Source: Myxococcota bacterium
GTDB taxonomy: Bacteria; Myxococcota_A; UBA796; UBA2385
Assembly (NCBI GenBank): GCA_044344255.1
Contig: JBIJDH010000004.1
Location: 64,001 to 128,000 of the forward strand
Direction of reading: 5' to 3'
Length of the DNA: 64,000 nucleotides
In this document: positions 17,388 through 27,089 of the stretch, piece by piece
How positions within the stretch are numbered: the stretch's first letter is position 1
Layout: every line of letters starts with the position of its first letter
Program-made: the position numbers and the translations under genes
Notes under the pieces: model-generated
What the model was told of the DNA's origin: nothing
The model's input: the letters and a program-made list of their open reading frames with translations, nothing else
Databases searched by the model: none

Positions 17388-19262
17388 TCAGCCGGACTTG
17401 CGGATCTTGAGGGACTGCCCCACGTTGATCTGCGAGCCCTTCAGGTTGTTCCAGGACTTGATGTCGGAGGCGCTGACGCCGTAACGGGAGGCGACCTCGG
17501 AGAGGGTGTCGCCGCGCTTGACCGTGTAGCGGACCCACTTGACCGATGAGCCCGAGGGCTCGACGATCTTCAGCCGCTGGCCAACCAGGATCTTGTTGGC
17601 GTTGTCGATGTCGTTCCAGCGCAGCAGGTCGGACTGCGAGACGTTGTACCGGTCGGCGATGCGGGCGAGGTTCTCGCCGCGCTGCACGACGTGGCTGGTG
17701 GTCTTCGTCTTGGGCTTGGACGACGAGACCGGGCCGACAGAGGCGAGGGCGACCTCGCGCCGGTCCTCGTGGGCGCTCGACTCGGCGGCGTGGCTGGGCT
17801 TGGCGCTGGTGGAGGCGCTCGACTTCTTCAGGCTGGGCGCCTTGACCGTGGCGGCCATGGCGTCGGGGTCGCGGTCGGGGCGCTCGGAGGGGAGCCGGCC
17901 CTTGCCGGGGATGGACAGCACCTGACCGACGGCGATCTTGTTGGCGTTGCGGATTCGGTTCGCCGCCATCAGCTCTTTGACGGAGACGTTGTACTTGGTG
18001 GCGATGGTGCCGAGGGACTCGCCGCGGCGGACGCGGTGCTCCATCGTGGCCAAGGCCTTGACGTCGGGCTCGGCCACGGCGATGGCGGCGAGGAAGGACT
18101 CCTTGTGGCCCTTCGGGACGTTGAGGCGGACCTTCTTCCCGTCGGCGGGGAGGGTCCAGCGGCGGATGTGGGGGTTGAGGTCCATCATCTCGTCCTGCGA
18201 GGCGCCAGCGCAGCGCGAGATGAGCTCCATCGAGTAGCCGGGGGAGACCTCGACGACCTCGGTCTCGACCGGCATCTGGTAGGCGATGTCGGTGAAGCCG
18301 TAGCGCTCGGGGTGGTGGCCGATGATGGTGGCGGCGAGCAGCTTGGGGACGTAGTTCGCGGTCTCGGGGTGGAAGGCGCCCCGCTCCACGAGCGTCCAGA
18401 AGTCGCGGGTGCCGTGGCGCTTGATCCCCTTGTCGACGCGGCCCGGACCGCCGTTGTAGGCGGCGGCGGCGAGGTACCAGCTGTCGAACTTCTTGTTCAG
18501 GTAGCCGAGGAAGGCCACCGCAGCCTTGGTGGAGCGCTGGGGGTCGCGGCGCTCATCGACCCACCAGTCGATGCGCATCCCCCACTCGCTGCCCGTGGCG
18601 CTCATGAACTGCCAGAGCCCCACCGCGGCGGCGCGGCTGTAGGCGTGGTTCGAGTAGCCGCTCTCGATCATCGAGAGGTAGACGAGGTCGCGCGGCAGTT
18701 TGCCGGCGTCGAGGGCCTCGTACATCATCGGGCGGACCCGGGAGGAGCGGCCGAGCCAACGCCCGTAGTACTTGCGCCCGTCGCCGGTGAAGTACTTCAT
18801 CCACTTGACGACCGAGGCGTTGACCACGATGGGGAGGTCAAACTCGGAAGGGTCAATCGCCTTGAGGTGGAGCGGGTCGTTCGGGTCGGCGACGAAGCTC
18901 TCGTCGGAGGCCTGGCGGCGGAGGGTCTCGATGAGGAAGTCGCGCTCCGCGCTGCGCTCGGCGTCCAGCTCTTCGCTGTCGTGCACGGCGTCTTCGTCAG
19001 GGACCGCGCCCTCGACCTCTTCGATGTAGTTCCAGAGCGAGCCCTCCTCGGGGGCGCGCGCCTGGGTCTCGGCGCCTGCGGGGGCCTCGGAGCCGCCGTG
19101 CCCGCCCTCGACGGGGGGGCCCGCTGGGGCCTCGCGCTCGGCGGGAGTGTCGGCCTGATCCGCCGGCTCCACGGAAGACTGCATCGGCTTGCGCTTCTTG
19201 AACAGGCCGGCCTGGGCGGTGGCCGGCAGCGCGAGGGCGAGGAGGAGCAGCAGAGAGCGCAT
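17388..19262 (-). CDS. mltD: MltD-like lytic murein transglycosylase with three LysM domains
   Basis: Signal peptide from ATG 19262; MIESGY, AVGLWQFM, DERRDP, AAYNGG, ETANYVPK; LysM repeats HRVRRGESL, HVVQRGENL, YTVKRGDTL. Confidence 0.88.
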   Translation of the reverse strand: MRSLLLLLALALPATAQAGLFKKRKPMQSSVEPADQADTPAEREAPAGPPVEGGHGGSEAPAGAETQARAPEEGSLWNYIEEVEGAVPDEDAVHDSEELDAERSAERDFLIETLRRQASDESFVADPNDPLHLKAIDPSEFDLPIVVNASVVKWMKYFTGDGRKYYGRWLGRSSRVRPMMYEALDAGKLPRDLVYLSMIESGYSNHAYSRAAAVGLWQFMSATGSEWGMRIDWWVDERRDPQRSTKAAVAFLGYLNKKFDSWYLAAAAYNGGPGRVDKGIKRHGTRDFWTLVERGAFHPETANYVPKLLAATIIGHHPERYGFTDIAYQMPVETEVVEVSPGYSMELISRCAGASQDEMMDLNPHIRRWTLPADGKKVRLNVPKGHKESFLAAIAVAEPDVKALATMEHRVRRGESLGTIATKYNVSVKELMAANRIRNANKIAVGQVLSIPGKGRLPSERPDRDPDAMAATVKAPSLKKSSASTSAKPSHAAESSAHEDRREVALASVGPVSSSKPKTKTTSHVVQRGENLARIADRYNVSQSDLLRWNDIDNANKILVGQRLKIVEPSGSSVKWVRYTVKRGDTLSEVASRYGVSASDIKSWNNLKGSQINVGQSLKIRKSG

Positions 19263-19407
19263 GGTGTACCCGAGGTGCGAAAGTCTTGACGCACCAAGTG
19301 TAACCGGAGGTGTTGCATGAGGGGAAGGGCGGGGGGCCCCTGTCCTTGCGGTTTTTTTGTAGATCCCGAGGAAGGGGCGTCGAGTGGGCACCTTTCTCTG
19401 ACCTCGG

Positions 19408-20022
19408 TCAGGGATTGGGCGAGAGGTCTCGCACGGAGTCCTCCATGCCATTCCCGACGTCGATCGCCGATATCGCCGCCCAGGCCGCCACGCCGGTGGC
19501 GCGGAGCGCGGGGAGGCGTTCCACGGTGACCCCGCCGATGGCCACCACCGGGAGGGGGCTCGCGCGCACCGCCTCGGCGAGCCGCTCGAGCCCGCGCGGC
19601 GACCAGGCGCTCTGCTTGCTGTGGGTGCCGAAGACAGGGCCAAATCCGATGTAGTCCGCGCCCTCCTGGGGGGCGGCCAGCACCTGCTCGAGGGTGTGCG
19701 TGCTGCGACCGAGCAGCGCGTCGGGGCCGAGGCGAGCGCGGGCCCAGGCGAGCGAGCCATCCCCCTGGCCGAGGTGAAGCCCGTTGGCGCCGCTCTCCGC
19801 CGCCGCTTCGAGGTCGTCGTTGATGATGAGCAGGCAGCCATGCGCCTGGAGGGCGGGGAGGAGGGCGCGGGCGGCGGCCACGCGCTCGGCGGTCCCCCAA
19901 CCCTTGGCGCGGAGCTGCACGACGCCGACGCCGAGCGCGGCGAGGCGGAGGCCCTGAAGGACAGGGTCGCCCCGAGTGGTGCAGGCCATCCCGTAGAGGC
20001 CGCGAGGGAGGGTGGGCTTCAT
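19408..20022 (-). CDS. thiE: Thiamine-phosphate synthase ThiE
   Basis: VQLRAK, IINDD, GLHLGQGD, GRSTH, DYIGFGPVFGTHSK, VAIGGV. ATG 20022 overlaps the upstream stop (ATGA). Confidence 0.92.
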   Translation of the reverse strand: MKPTLPRGLYGMACTTRGDPVLQGLRLAALGVGVVQLRAKGWGTAERVAAARALLPALQAHGCLLIINDDLEAAAESGANGLHLGQGDGSLAWARARLGPDALLGRSTHTLEQVLAAPQEGADYIGFGPVFGTHSKQSAWSPRGLERLAEAVRASPLPVVAIGGVTVERLPALRATGVAAWAAISAIDVGNGMEDSVRDLSPNP

Positions 20023-21341
20023 GGCTGCGCCTCCGGCCCTCGGCGGAGGGCCCGATAGAGCGCGCGACCCTTCGCCAGCGTCTCCTCCCACTCCTCTGCG
20101 GGGCGCGAGTCGGCGACGATGCCGGCGCCCACGTGAAAGCGCGCGAGGCCGCCCTGCACGGTGGCGGTGCGGATGGCGACGCTCCAGGAGGCGGCGCCGC
20201 CGTCGGCGAAGAAGCCGATGGCGCCGGTGTAGACGCCGCGCGGTCCGGCCTCCAGGGCTCGGATCACCTCCATGGCCCGAACCTTGGGCGCGCCGGTGAC
20301 GCTGCCGGGTGGGAAGGCGGCGATGAAGGCGTCGATGCTGTCTCGATCCTCGCGCAGGGTGCAGCGCACCTCCTGCTCGGCGTGCAGCAGGTCTCCGCAG
20401 GCGCGGAGCGCGCGGGGGGAGACTTCGACGCTCCCGGCACGGGCCACGCGGCCGAGGTCGTTTCGGACAAGGTCGGTGATCATCGTGAGCTCCGCGCGCT
20501 CCTTTTCGCTGTGGGTGAGGGCCTCGTGCCCAGCGGCGCTGGCGGGCGCCGTGCCCTTGATCGGCGCGCTCTTGGCGTACAAGGCGCCGCCTCGGGCCTC
20601 GATCTCGAGGAAGAGCTCTGGGGAATTGGAGAGCACCACCCCCCAGGGGCTCTCGATGTAGGCGCCACGGAGGGCCGGGTTCTGCTCGCGCAGCGCGAGC
20701 CAGCGACCCAGCGGGTCGGTGACCGCGATGTCCCGGACCTCCCAGGCGAGGTTGACCTGGTAGACGTCCCCCGCTCGGATGTGCCCGAGCGCGGCCTCGA
20801 CCTGGGACAGGTACGCGGCGCGCCCCTCCGCGTCGGTGGGGAGGGGCTCCTCCACGGGCACCGCGGCCACCGTTTCTTCTGAGGCGCCGGTGACCGTGGC
20901 CGCGTGCGCCGAGGCCGCGCGCAACAAGGCCTCCGCCTCGGCGCAGAACGCGGGTGCGCCCACCGCGCTCCAGGCTCCGGACGGTCGGTGGTGGTAGAGC
21001 GCCCCTTCGGTCCGCCACAGGGCCACCTCCGGCAAAGGAGGAGCGGTCCGCGGCGACGGCATCCGCTCTGTCCAGCGCCCCCCCTCGTAGCCCCACCAAC
21101 CGATGAGGCCGCCAGCGAAGGGGAAGGGGGAAGGGTCAGAGGAGGGTGATGGGGAGGGCAGGGCAGCGGGCCGCAGGGCGGCGCGGAGGGCTTCGGGCCA
21201 GCCGGGGCCCGTGGGGCCGGTCCAGGCGGGGGTAGAAGTCCAGGTGAGCAAGGTCCAGGCCGGGCCAAGGTCGAGGGCGAGGAGGCCCGGTCGAGGCGCC
21301 AGCCGGAGGACGCGGCCGAGCGAGGGGGGGTGGGTGCTCAT
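20019..21341 (-). CDS. pabB: Aminodeoxychorismate synthase component I (chorismate-binding enzyme)
   Basis: GDVYQVNL, SPELF, PIKGT (Lys as in PabB, not PIAGT of TrpE), KERAELTMITDLVRNDL, FPPGSVTGAPK. Confidence 0.8.
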   Translation of the reverse strand: MSTHPPSLGRVLRLAPRPGLLALDLGPAWTLLTWTSTPAWTGPTGPGWPEALRAALRPAALPSPSPSSDPSPFPFAGGLIGWWGYEGGRWTERMPSPRTAPPLPEVALWRTEGALYHHRPSGAWSAVGAPAFCAEAEALLRAASAHAATVTGASEETVAAVPVEEPLPTDAEGRAAYLSQVEAALGHIRAGDVYQVNLAWEVRDIAVTDPLGRWLALREQNPALRGAYIESPWGVVLSNSPELFLEIEARGGALYAKSAPIKGTAPASAAGHEALTHSEKERAELTMITDLVRNDLGRVARAGSVEVSPRALRACGDLLHAEQEVRCTLREDRDSIDAFIAAFPPGSVTGAPKVRAMEVIRALEAGPRGVYTGAIGFFADGGAASWSVAIRTATVQGGLARFHVGAGIVADSRPAEEWEETLAKGRALYRALRRGPEAQP

Positions 21342-21514
21342 GGCCCCACCTTTCCGGCTGCGCGGGCGGCCGTCAACCCCGACGGACCTCCGCTCGGAGG
21401 GCAGGCCCTGCGGGCGTCCTCTCGTCCTGAAGGCCTCCTTTCGTTAGCGAGATTTTGCGTCGGGACGCAACAGTATAGGCTGACACCGGCTAAGCGGGTC
21501 GCGAGGGTGCTACC

Positions 21515-23425
21515 GTGGCAACATCGGGTCTCAAGATACTCATGGTAGACGGTGACCCGCACCTCTGCGCTGTGGTGCAGGGCGTCGTGGCGGGTGAAGG
21601 TCACCGATTACACGCGGTGTCACGGCTCGGTGAGGTAGAGAGCGCCACCCCAGACGCCGACCTCCTGCTCATCGACGTTGACCTCGCTGGCGGCGCGGTC
21701 CCAGAGCTCCTTCGGCGGCTCCGCCCCGCCCAGCCCGAGCTCTGCATCGTCCTTGTGAGCGTCCGGCCCCGCGATGACGCTGCCCTGTCCGCGCTCCAGC
21801 GAGAGGTGGGCGCCCTCGCCGTGCTGCGACGCCCCTTCTCCTTGCTGGACCTCAACGACCTCCTTCGGCGAGTGCCCAAGGCGCCGCGGGAGCGTGGAGC
21901 TGGCTCGACCTCCGGGGTCGAGCGACTTCGGCTCGGCGCGAGCTCGGAGCAGAGCCTGATGGGGGTTGAGCCCAGCCCATCCGAGAACCCGGCGCGGATC
22001 GCCCGCCTCTGGGCCTCCCAGTCGAGCGGTGTGCTGCACATCACCTCGGCGCGGGGGAGCAGCCAGACGCTTTGCCTCTCCGACGGCGGCCCCACCGACG
22101 CTCGGGGCCTGCGCCTGCTGGAGGTCGCCTTCGACGGGGGCCGGCTGGTCTTTGAGCCCGGAGAGGCGGAGGGTCTCGGTGAGGCGGAGGCGCTGGGGAG
22201 CCTGCTATACGACCGGATGCGCGACCCCGGGCGTTCCCGCTTCGCCGTGGAGAGCGCCTTCAAGGCCCCGGCGAGGACGCCCTGGTCGCCCGCCCTCGAG
22301 CGGCTCCCGGTCGATCCCGGCCTTCGTCGCCTCGCGATGGTGGCCGACGGTCAGGCCCTCCTCGGAGACCTGCTCGCTTCGCTCGACCTGAGCGCCGACG
22401 CCGTCTCGGCCGATCTGGAGCTGTGTCACCGACTCCGCCTGCTCGCGCTGCAGGCGCCGGTCTCCCGTCCTCGCGCCTCCCAGCCGCCCGCACGGAGCGC
22501 GGCGTCGCGATCGCGGGCCGCTCCGCCCATCCCTCCTCGGGGCACCGCGCCCGTCGCTCCCCTGGCCGGTCCCGCTGCGGCGCCCCTCTCCCTGGCCCCA
22601 ACCTCGGTCGGGTCCGGTCGGACTTCGTCTTCCAGCAGCCGCTCTTCGTCCGAGGCTTCTTCCCTGGGGGGCCCGAACGGGGCGGGGGGCCAGCAACGTG
22701 TGGCGGAGCGGCTGCAGCGCGAGCTGGAGCGGCTGCGGGGGGCGAACGCCGCGGTCGTGCTCGGGGTGCCCGCGGACGCCTCCTCCGAGCTCATTCGGGA
22801 GGCCGCGGCGCGGATGCGGCTACGGTACGCGGAGATCGTCCGGAGGAGCGACAGCTCCCCTGAGCTCCGCGAGGCCGCCGGAGAGCTCCTCTCGCTGGTC
22901 GAGCGCTCCACCCGTACGGAGCAGGATGGCACGGTCTCGCTGCACGCCTCGCTGAGCTACGCCGGGTCTGGCCCCCACGGGGGCAGCCTGCACGGCGGTG
23001 GCTCCGTCGGCGGTGACCCGACCTCCATGATGGGCGGCGGCGAGAGCCCAGAAGAGCGGCTTCTCCAGCGGGGGCGGAGCTTGATCACGCAGTCTGCCTG
23101 GGAGCAGGCCGATCGGGTGCTGTCGCGGGCCCGCGATCGACGCATCGATCACCCCGCCATCCTGGCCAACCTCGCCTGGGCTCGCCTCCACAACCCGGGG
23201 CTCCCCTCCGCCCAGCGGGAGGAGGACGCGCGCGACCTGCTGCTGCTCGCCGAGCAGTTTGACGCCCATGATCCCGAGGGTCAGCGCTACTTGGCCCTCT
23301 ACTTGGAGCGCCGCGGTGACCTTGGGGGCGCCTTGGGGCGGGCGCAGCGGGCGCAGCGGGCGCAGCCCACCGACATCGAGCTGCAGGGGCTCGTCCGGCG
23401 CCTCAAGGCCAGCCAAGGGGCCTGA
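21515..23425 (+). CDS. Atypical response regulator: receiver domain, central domain, J-domain-like helix lacking HPD, C-terminal TPR repeats
   Basis: KILMVDGD...LLLIDVDL...LRRPFS receiver; VLGVPADASSELIREA J-like segment; C-terminal helical TPR-like repeats. Confidence 0.7.
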   Translation: MATSGLKILMVDGDPHLCAVVQGVVAGEGHRLHAVSRLGEVESATPDADLLLIDVDLAGGAVPELLRRLRPAQPELCIVLVSVRPRDDAALSALQREVGALAVLRRPFSLLDLNDLLRRVPKAPRERGAGSTSGVERLRLGASSEQSLMGVEPSPSENPARIARLWASQSSGVLHITSARGSSQTLCLSDGGPTDARGLRLLEVAFDGGRLVFEPGEAEGLGEAEALGSLLYDRMRDPGRSRFAVESAFKAPARTPWSPALERLPVDPGLRRLAMVADGQALLGDLLASLDLSADAVSADLELCHRLRLLALQAPVSRPRASQPPARSAASRSRAAPPIPPRGTAPVAPLAGPAAAPLSLAPTSVGSGRTSSSSSRSSSEASSLGGPNGAGGQQRVAERLQRELERLRGANAAVVLGVPADASSELIREAAARMRLRYAEIVRRSDSSPELREAAGELLSLVERSTRTEQDGTVSLHASLSYAGSGPHGGSLHGGGSVGGDPTSMMGGGESPEERLLQRGRSLITQSAWEQADRVLSRARDRRIDHPAILANLAWARLHNPGLPSAQREEDARDLLLLAEQFDAHDPEGQRYLALYLERRGDLGGALGRAQRAQRAQPTDIELQGLVRRLKASQGA

Positions 23426-23443
23426 GGCGCGGACGAGCCTCGC

Positions 23444-24844
23444 TCAGCGATCGTCCATCGGCAAGTCCTGCTCTCCCTCGTCGGACGGGAAGTCTCGCGG
23501 ACCGTCGTCGAGGGGCTCGTCCATCCCCGGCGGGCCGTCGTCGATGGGGCCGTTGATGTCCATCGGCGGCGGGAAGTCCTCGTCCGGCCTTCCCATCGGG
23601 CCGTCTTCGTTCGAGGGGCCGCCGCCGGCCTCTCGATCCTCACGCTGCTTCCGCATGCGCTCGCGGCGCTCCCGGATGCGGTCGAGGCGCTTCTGGCGGC
23701 GCTCCTCCGCGCTCATGGTCTCTTCCCCGCCGCCGTCGTCCGCCTCGGCGCCGCCGAGCTGACCGGGTCCGAAGCCCGCGTCCGGCCCGCCGAGGCCGCC
23801 GGGGATGCCCTTCCCCCCTCGCCGCTTGGCGGGGCGCTCTTCGCCATCCAGCTCGTCCGGCTCGATGTTGTTGCGGGTGGTGCCGCCCGCTCGCTCTTCG
23901 CGGCAGTGGGGGGAGCTGAGGGTGCCCGTACAGAGGAGGTGGTAGACGCCCTCTGTGTCCCGCGCCTTGTTCAACATCGGAGCCATGCGGGCCAAGGTGT
24001 CGATCTGTTCTGAGAACTTGAGCTCCATCGTCACCCGGACGCGCCAGCGGGAGAGCTCCCGCGTGGAGAGGGTGATCTCACCGCCGAGACCGACGTCCAC
24101 GAGGTCACTCTTGAAGTGGCCATCCTTGATCTCGGCCTTACCTTGATTGATCTCCATGTTCAGAAAGGACTCGGTGAAGGCGGTGGGGGGCATCTCCAGG
24201 CCCATCAGCGCGCCGCCTTCGAAGGCGAGGTCTTCAAAGTTGAGCTTGAAGTACCCCTTGGACTCCTTGATGTTCGTCGAGTCGATCTCGAAGTCGGCGT
24301 CCACCGACGCGAGGCCGGCCAGCGCGAGGTTCCAGTCTTCGCCCGCGAAGGGTACGGCCGAGAGATCGATGTCCTCGCCGTCGAGCTCGATTCGGCGGGA
24401 CTTCTCACCGATGTCGATCGTCCCGGACAGCCCGCCACCGTACAGATCGGCGTCAAAGATCACGCTGGTCCGTCCACGCATGAGGGCGAAGAGCCCGGCG
24501 CGGACCGAGAGGCTGTCGAGGTGCAGGAAGGGGGAGGCCTTGACCGCCGGGTCTTCCGTTGGCTCCTCGTCCTCCGCCTTCCCCTTCTTCTTCTTGTTTC
24601 TCTTGACCTTCTTGCGGGCCTTCTCCACCTTGTAGAGGGTGGCGTCGGTAAACTCGAGCCCGCTGGGCAGCCAGATCGAGGCGTCACTAGCCTCGAAAGC
24701 CCACTTTCCGTCACCCTCCTCCTGGATCAGGTAGCGGACGCGTTCCAGCGCAGCCTCCGAGGGGAAGTTGACCTTCAAGCCAAGGAAGAAGACGATGAAC
24801 CCGAAGGCCATCACGCCGAGGAAGATGCCGAGGGTCTTCAACAT
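23444..24844 (-). CDS. gspN: Type II secretion system protein GspN
   Basis: Last gene of the gsp operon; N-terminal TM followed by NFP, beta-rich body, disordered acidic tail. Start ATG 24844 or GTG 24847. Confidence 0.7.
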   Translation of the reverse strand: MLKTLGIFLGVMAFGFIVFFLGLKVNFPSEAALERVRYLIQEEGDGKWAFEASDASIWLPSGLEFTDATLYKVEKARKKVKRNKKKKGKAEDEEPTEDPAVKASPFLHLDSLSVRAGLFALMRGRTSVIFDADLYGGGLSGTIDIGEKSRRIELDGEDIDLSAVPFAGEDWNLALAGLASVDADFEIDSTNIKESKGYFKLNFEDLAFEGGALMGLEMPPTAFTESFLNMEINQGKAEIKDGHFKSDLVDVGLGGEITLSTRELSRWRVRVTMELKFSEQIDTLARMAPMLNKARDTEGVYHLLCTGTLSSPHCREERAGGTTRNNIEPDELDGEERPAKRRGGKGIPGGLGGPDAGFGPGQLGGAEADDGGGEETMSAEERRQKRLDRIRERRERMRKQREDREAGGGPSNEDGPMGRPDEDFPPPMDINGPIDDGPPGMDEPLDDGPRDFPSDEGEQDLPMDDR

Positions 24845-25446
24845 CACCCCTCCGTGGCGGCGGGGGCCGCTTCAACGAGGCGGAACGCGGAGATGTCCAG
24901 CGTGAGATCGAGCACCTTGCCGTTGGCGCCGGTCTTGGTCTTGGACTTGAAGCTTCGCACTTTGAGTGGGTAGCCGTTTCCCTCGAGCTCGTAGAGGAAG
25001 TTGCCCATCTCCTCCACGGTGAGCTTCGAGAGGGTCACGGCGTACATCTTCTCTTCGAGGTTGCCGTCGATGCTGGAGGACTTCTCCTTGACGGCGTCGA
25101 GTCGGTCACGCACGTTGGTGCGCTCGGCCGCCTGCTCCAGGTAGGTGGAGAGGTCGGTGCCGGCGTTCTTCTGGAGGAGGGTCTCGATCTCCTTCTCCGT
25201 GTCGGCGGTGCTGCCCTGCTCGGCTGCGAGCACCCGGATGAGGCGCAGCGTCTCTTCATGATCGGCGAGGCGGGCGTCGAGGGTGTTCAGGCGACCCTTC
25301 ATCCACCAGCCGCCCCCGCCGAGGAGGCCGACCGTGGCGACCACGACGAGCCCGGCGGCCAACATACGATCCCGCGGGCTCATGTCGGCCAGGGCGTCCT
25401 GGATCCGGCCTTCGAAGGCCTCGAGTGTCTCTTTGAATGAAGCCAT
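24844..25446 (-). CDS. gspM: Type II secretion system protein GspM
   Basis: MSPRDRML plus TM plus coiled coil plus ferredoxin-like C-terminus (NFLYELE...PLKV); follows gspL. Confidence 0.8.
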   Translation of the reverse strand: MASFKETLEAFEGRIQDALADMSPRDRMLAAGLVVVATVGLLGGGGWWMKGRLNTLDARLADHEETLRLIRVLAAEQGSTADTEKEIETLLQKNAGTDLSTYLEQAAERTNVRDRLDAVKEKSSSIDGNLEEKMYAVTLSKLTVEEMGNFLYELEGNGYPLKVRSFKSKTKTGANGKVLDLTLDISAFRLVEAAPAATEG

Positions 25447-25449
25447 GGC

Positions 25450-27069
25450 CTAACCCTCGCTCGCGTCGCCCTCGGACTCGCCGAGCGGAATGGTGATGGT
25501 GAAGCGCACCTTCTCGCCGGTCTTCTTCTCGTCACCCTTCTGGGCGGACTTGAAGCGGGCGTTCCGCTTCAACGAGCTCTCGATCTTGCCGGCCTGCTCG
25601 AAGCCCTCGGTGTCAGCCTTCATCGTGATCGCGCTGTCGGTGATCGACAGCTCGGACACGTCGATGCTCGCCTCGGCGGGGGGGGGCATGTCGGCCGACA
25701 GGGTGCGGATCGTCGACAAGGTCGGCGGCTCTTGGGAGAGCAGGCTCCCCAGCGCGCCGACCCGCCCGGCCGAGGCCGAGGTCTTCTCCTGCATGATGGC
25801 CATCGCCATCGAGGGATCCTTCAGCTTGGCGGGGTCAGCGTCGGGGAAGGCGGAGAGGACGGTGGCGGCGATCTGGGCGTCGACCGCCTCGAGCGCGCGC
25901 TCGGCCGCGGTGGTCTTCCAAGCGAAGATGCCGGCCCCGACCGCGACGAAGGCGATGGCCGCCACGGCGAGGTAGCGCACGGCTCGGCCGATGGTGGCCA
26001 GGTCGCCCTTGAAGGCAAAGTCGCCGACCCGGAGGTCAAGGGGCTGGCCCTTGCCGGTCGCGGCAGCGACGCCGACGGCGTGCGCGAGGGCGTAGACGCC
26101 GGCCTGGCCGGTGCTGTCGGCCTCCGGCCCGAGGTGCGCGCTCCGCACGGGCACGCCGAGGACCTCACCCAGCCACTCGCGGAGGCCCACCTGCGCCGCG
26201 GCCCCGCCCGTGAGGACGAGCTCATCGATCTCGACGTTGAGGGCGTCTTCGAAGGAGAGCAGCGAGCTCCGCAGGTCGATGACCAGCGGGAGGTGCGCGG
26301 CGGCGAGGACGCGGCCGTCGGGGGCGATGGAGACGGGGTCGGTCCGCTCCTCGACGTGGGCCGCCATCAGCTCGCCCTGGGGCACCTCGAGCGCGGTTCG
26401 GTGCTTGCGGAGCTCGGCCTCGGCGTAGGACAGGCCGAGGGCCTGACCGAGGGCGATGGTGACGTGGTGGCCCCCACGGGGGAAGGAGCGTGTCGCCAGC
26501 ACCTTGCCGTTCCGGCAGAGGGTGATGAGGGTGCGGCTGTGACCCAGGTCGACCACGGCCTGAACCCCCTCGGCGGCGTAGCTCCCGAGCAGGTCTCCAT
26601 CGACCACCAGCAGGCTGGGGTCGACCCCCTCCTCCTTCAAGGCGGCGAGGATGGGGCGCACCCGGTCCCGCTCGGCCAGGGCGACCAGCACCGTGGTGGT
26701 GGTCCCCTCGACGCCGACGATGCGGCTGGCGAGCAGCATGTCCTCGAGGTCAAAGGGCACGAGGTTCTCGACCTCGGCCGAGAGCGTCTTCTCGACGAGC
26801 TTCCGGTCGGCGAAGGGCAGCACCACGGAGCGCACGCTGGCCGCCTCGGTGGGGAAGGTCGCGCCGCTGACCGTGCTCCCGGCCGCCGGTAGCTCTTCGA
26901 GCAGGGTGCGCAGGGCCTCGATGCGCGCCTCGAGGGAGGGCGGCTCTTCGTCCACCTGGGCCACCGCGGCCTGGTGGTAGCCCATGAGCTGATGCCGGCC
27001 GAAGCTGCCCTGAAAGAGGGCGAGCTTCACCGCGTGTGCGCCGAGGTCGATACCGAGGATCCTTGCCAT
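25450..27069 (-). CDS. gspL: Type II secretion system protein GspL (PilM-like actin-fold domain, TM, PilN-like domain)
   Basis: ILGIDLGAHAVK, VDLGHSRT, LTGGAA; TM followed by a periplasmic domain. Confidence 0.85.
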   Translation of the reverse strand: MARILGIDLGAHAVKLALFQGSFGRHQLMGYHQAAVAQVDEEPPSLEARIEALRTLLEELPAAGSTVSGATFPTEAASVRSVVLPFADRKLVEKTLSAEVENLVPFDLEDMLLASRIVGVEGTTTTVLVALAERDRVRPILAALKEEGVDPSLLVVDGDLLGSYAAEGVQAVVDLGHSRTLITLCRNGKVLATRSFPRGGHHVTIALGQALGLSYAEAELRKHRTALEVPQGELMAAHVEERTDPVSIAPDGRVLAAAHLPLVIDLRSSLLSFEDALNVEIDELVLTGGAAAQVGLREWLGEVLGVPVRSAHLGPEADSTGQAGVYALAHAVGVAAATGKGQPLDLRVGDFAFKGDLATIGRAVRYLAVAAIAFVAVGAGIFAWKTTAAERALEAVDAQIAATVLSAFPDADPAKLKDPSMAMAIMQEKTSASAGRVGALGSLLSQEPPTLSTIRTLSADMPPPAEASIDVSELSITDSAITMKADTEGFEQAGKIESSLKRNARFKSAQKGDEKKTGEKVRFTITIPLGESEGDASEG

Positions 27070-27089
27070 GATTCGTCCGAGGTGGGGGC

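Noticed and set aside
19263..21099. Long N-terminal extensions of the mltD (to 19841) and thiE (to 21099) ORFs
   Set aside because: They overlap neighbouring real genes; better starts exist at 19262 (signal peptide) and 20022 (ATGA coupling).
21338..21604. 88-aa minus-strand ORF upstream of pabB
   Set aside because: Overlaps the response regulator start antisense and spans the divergent promoter region; no recognisable motif.
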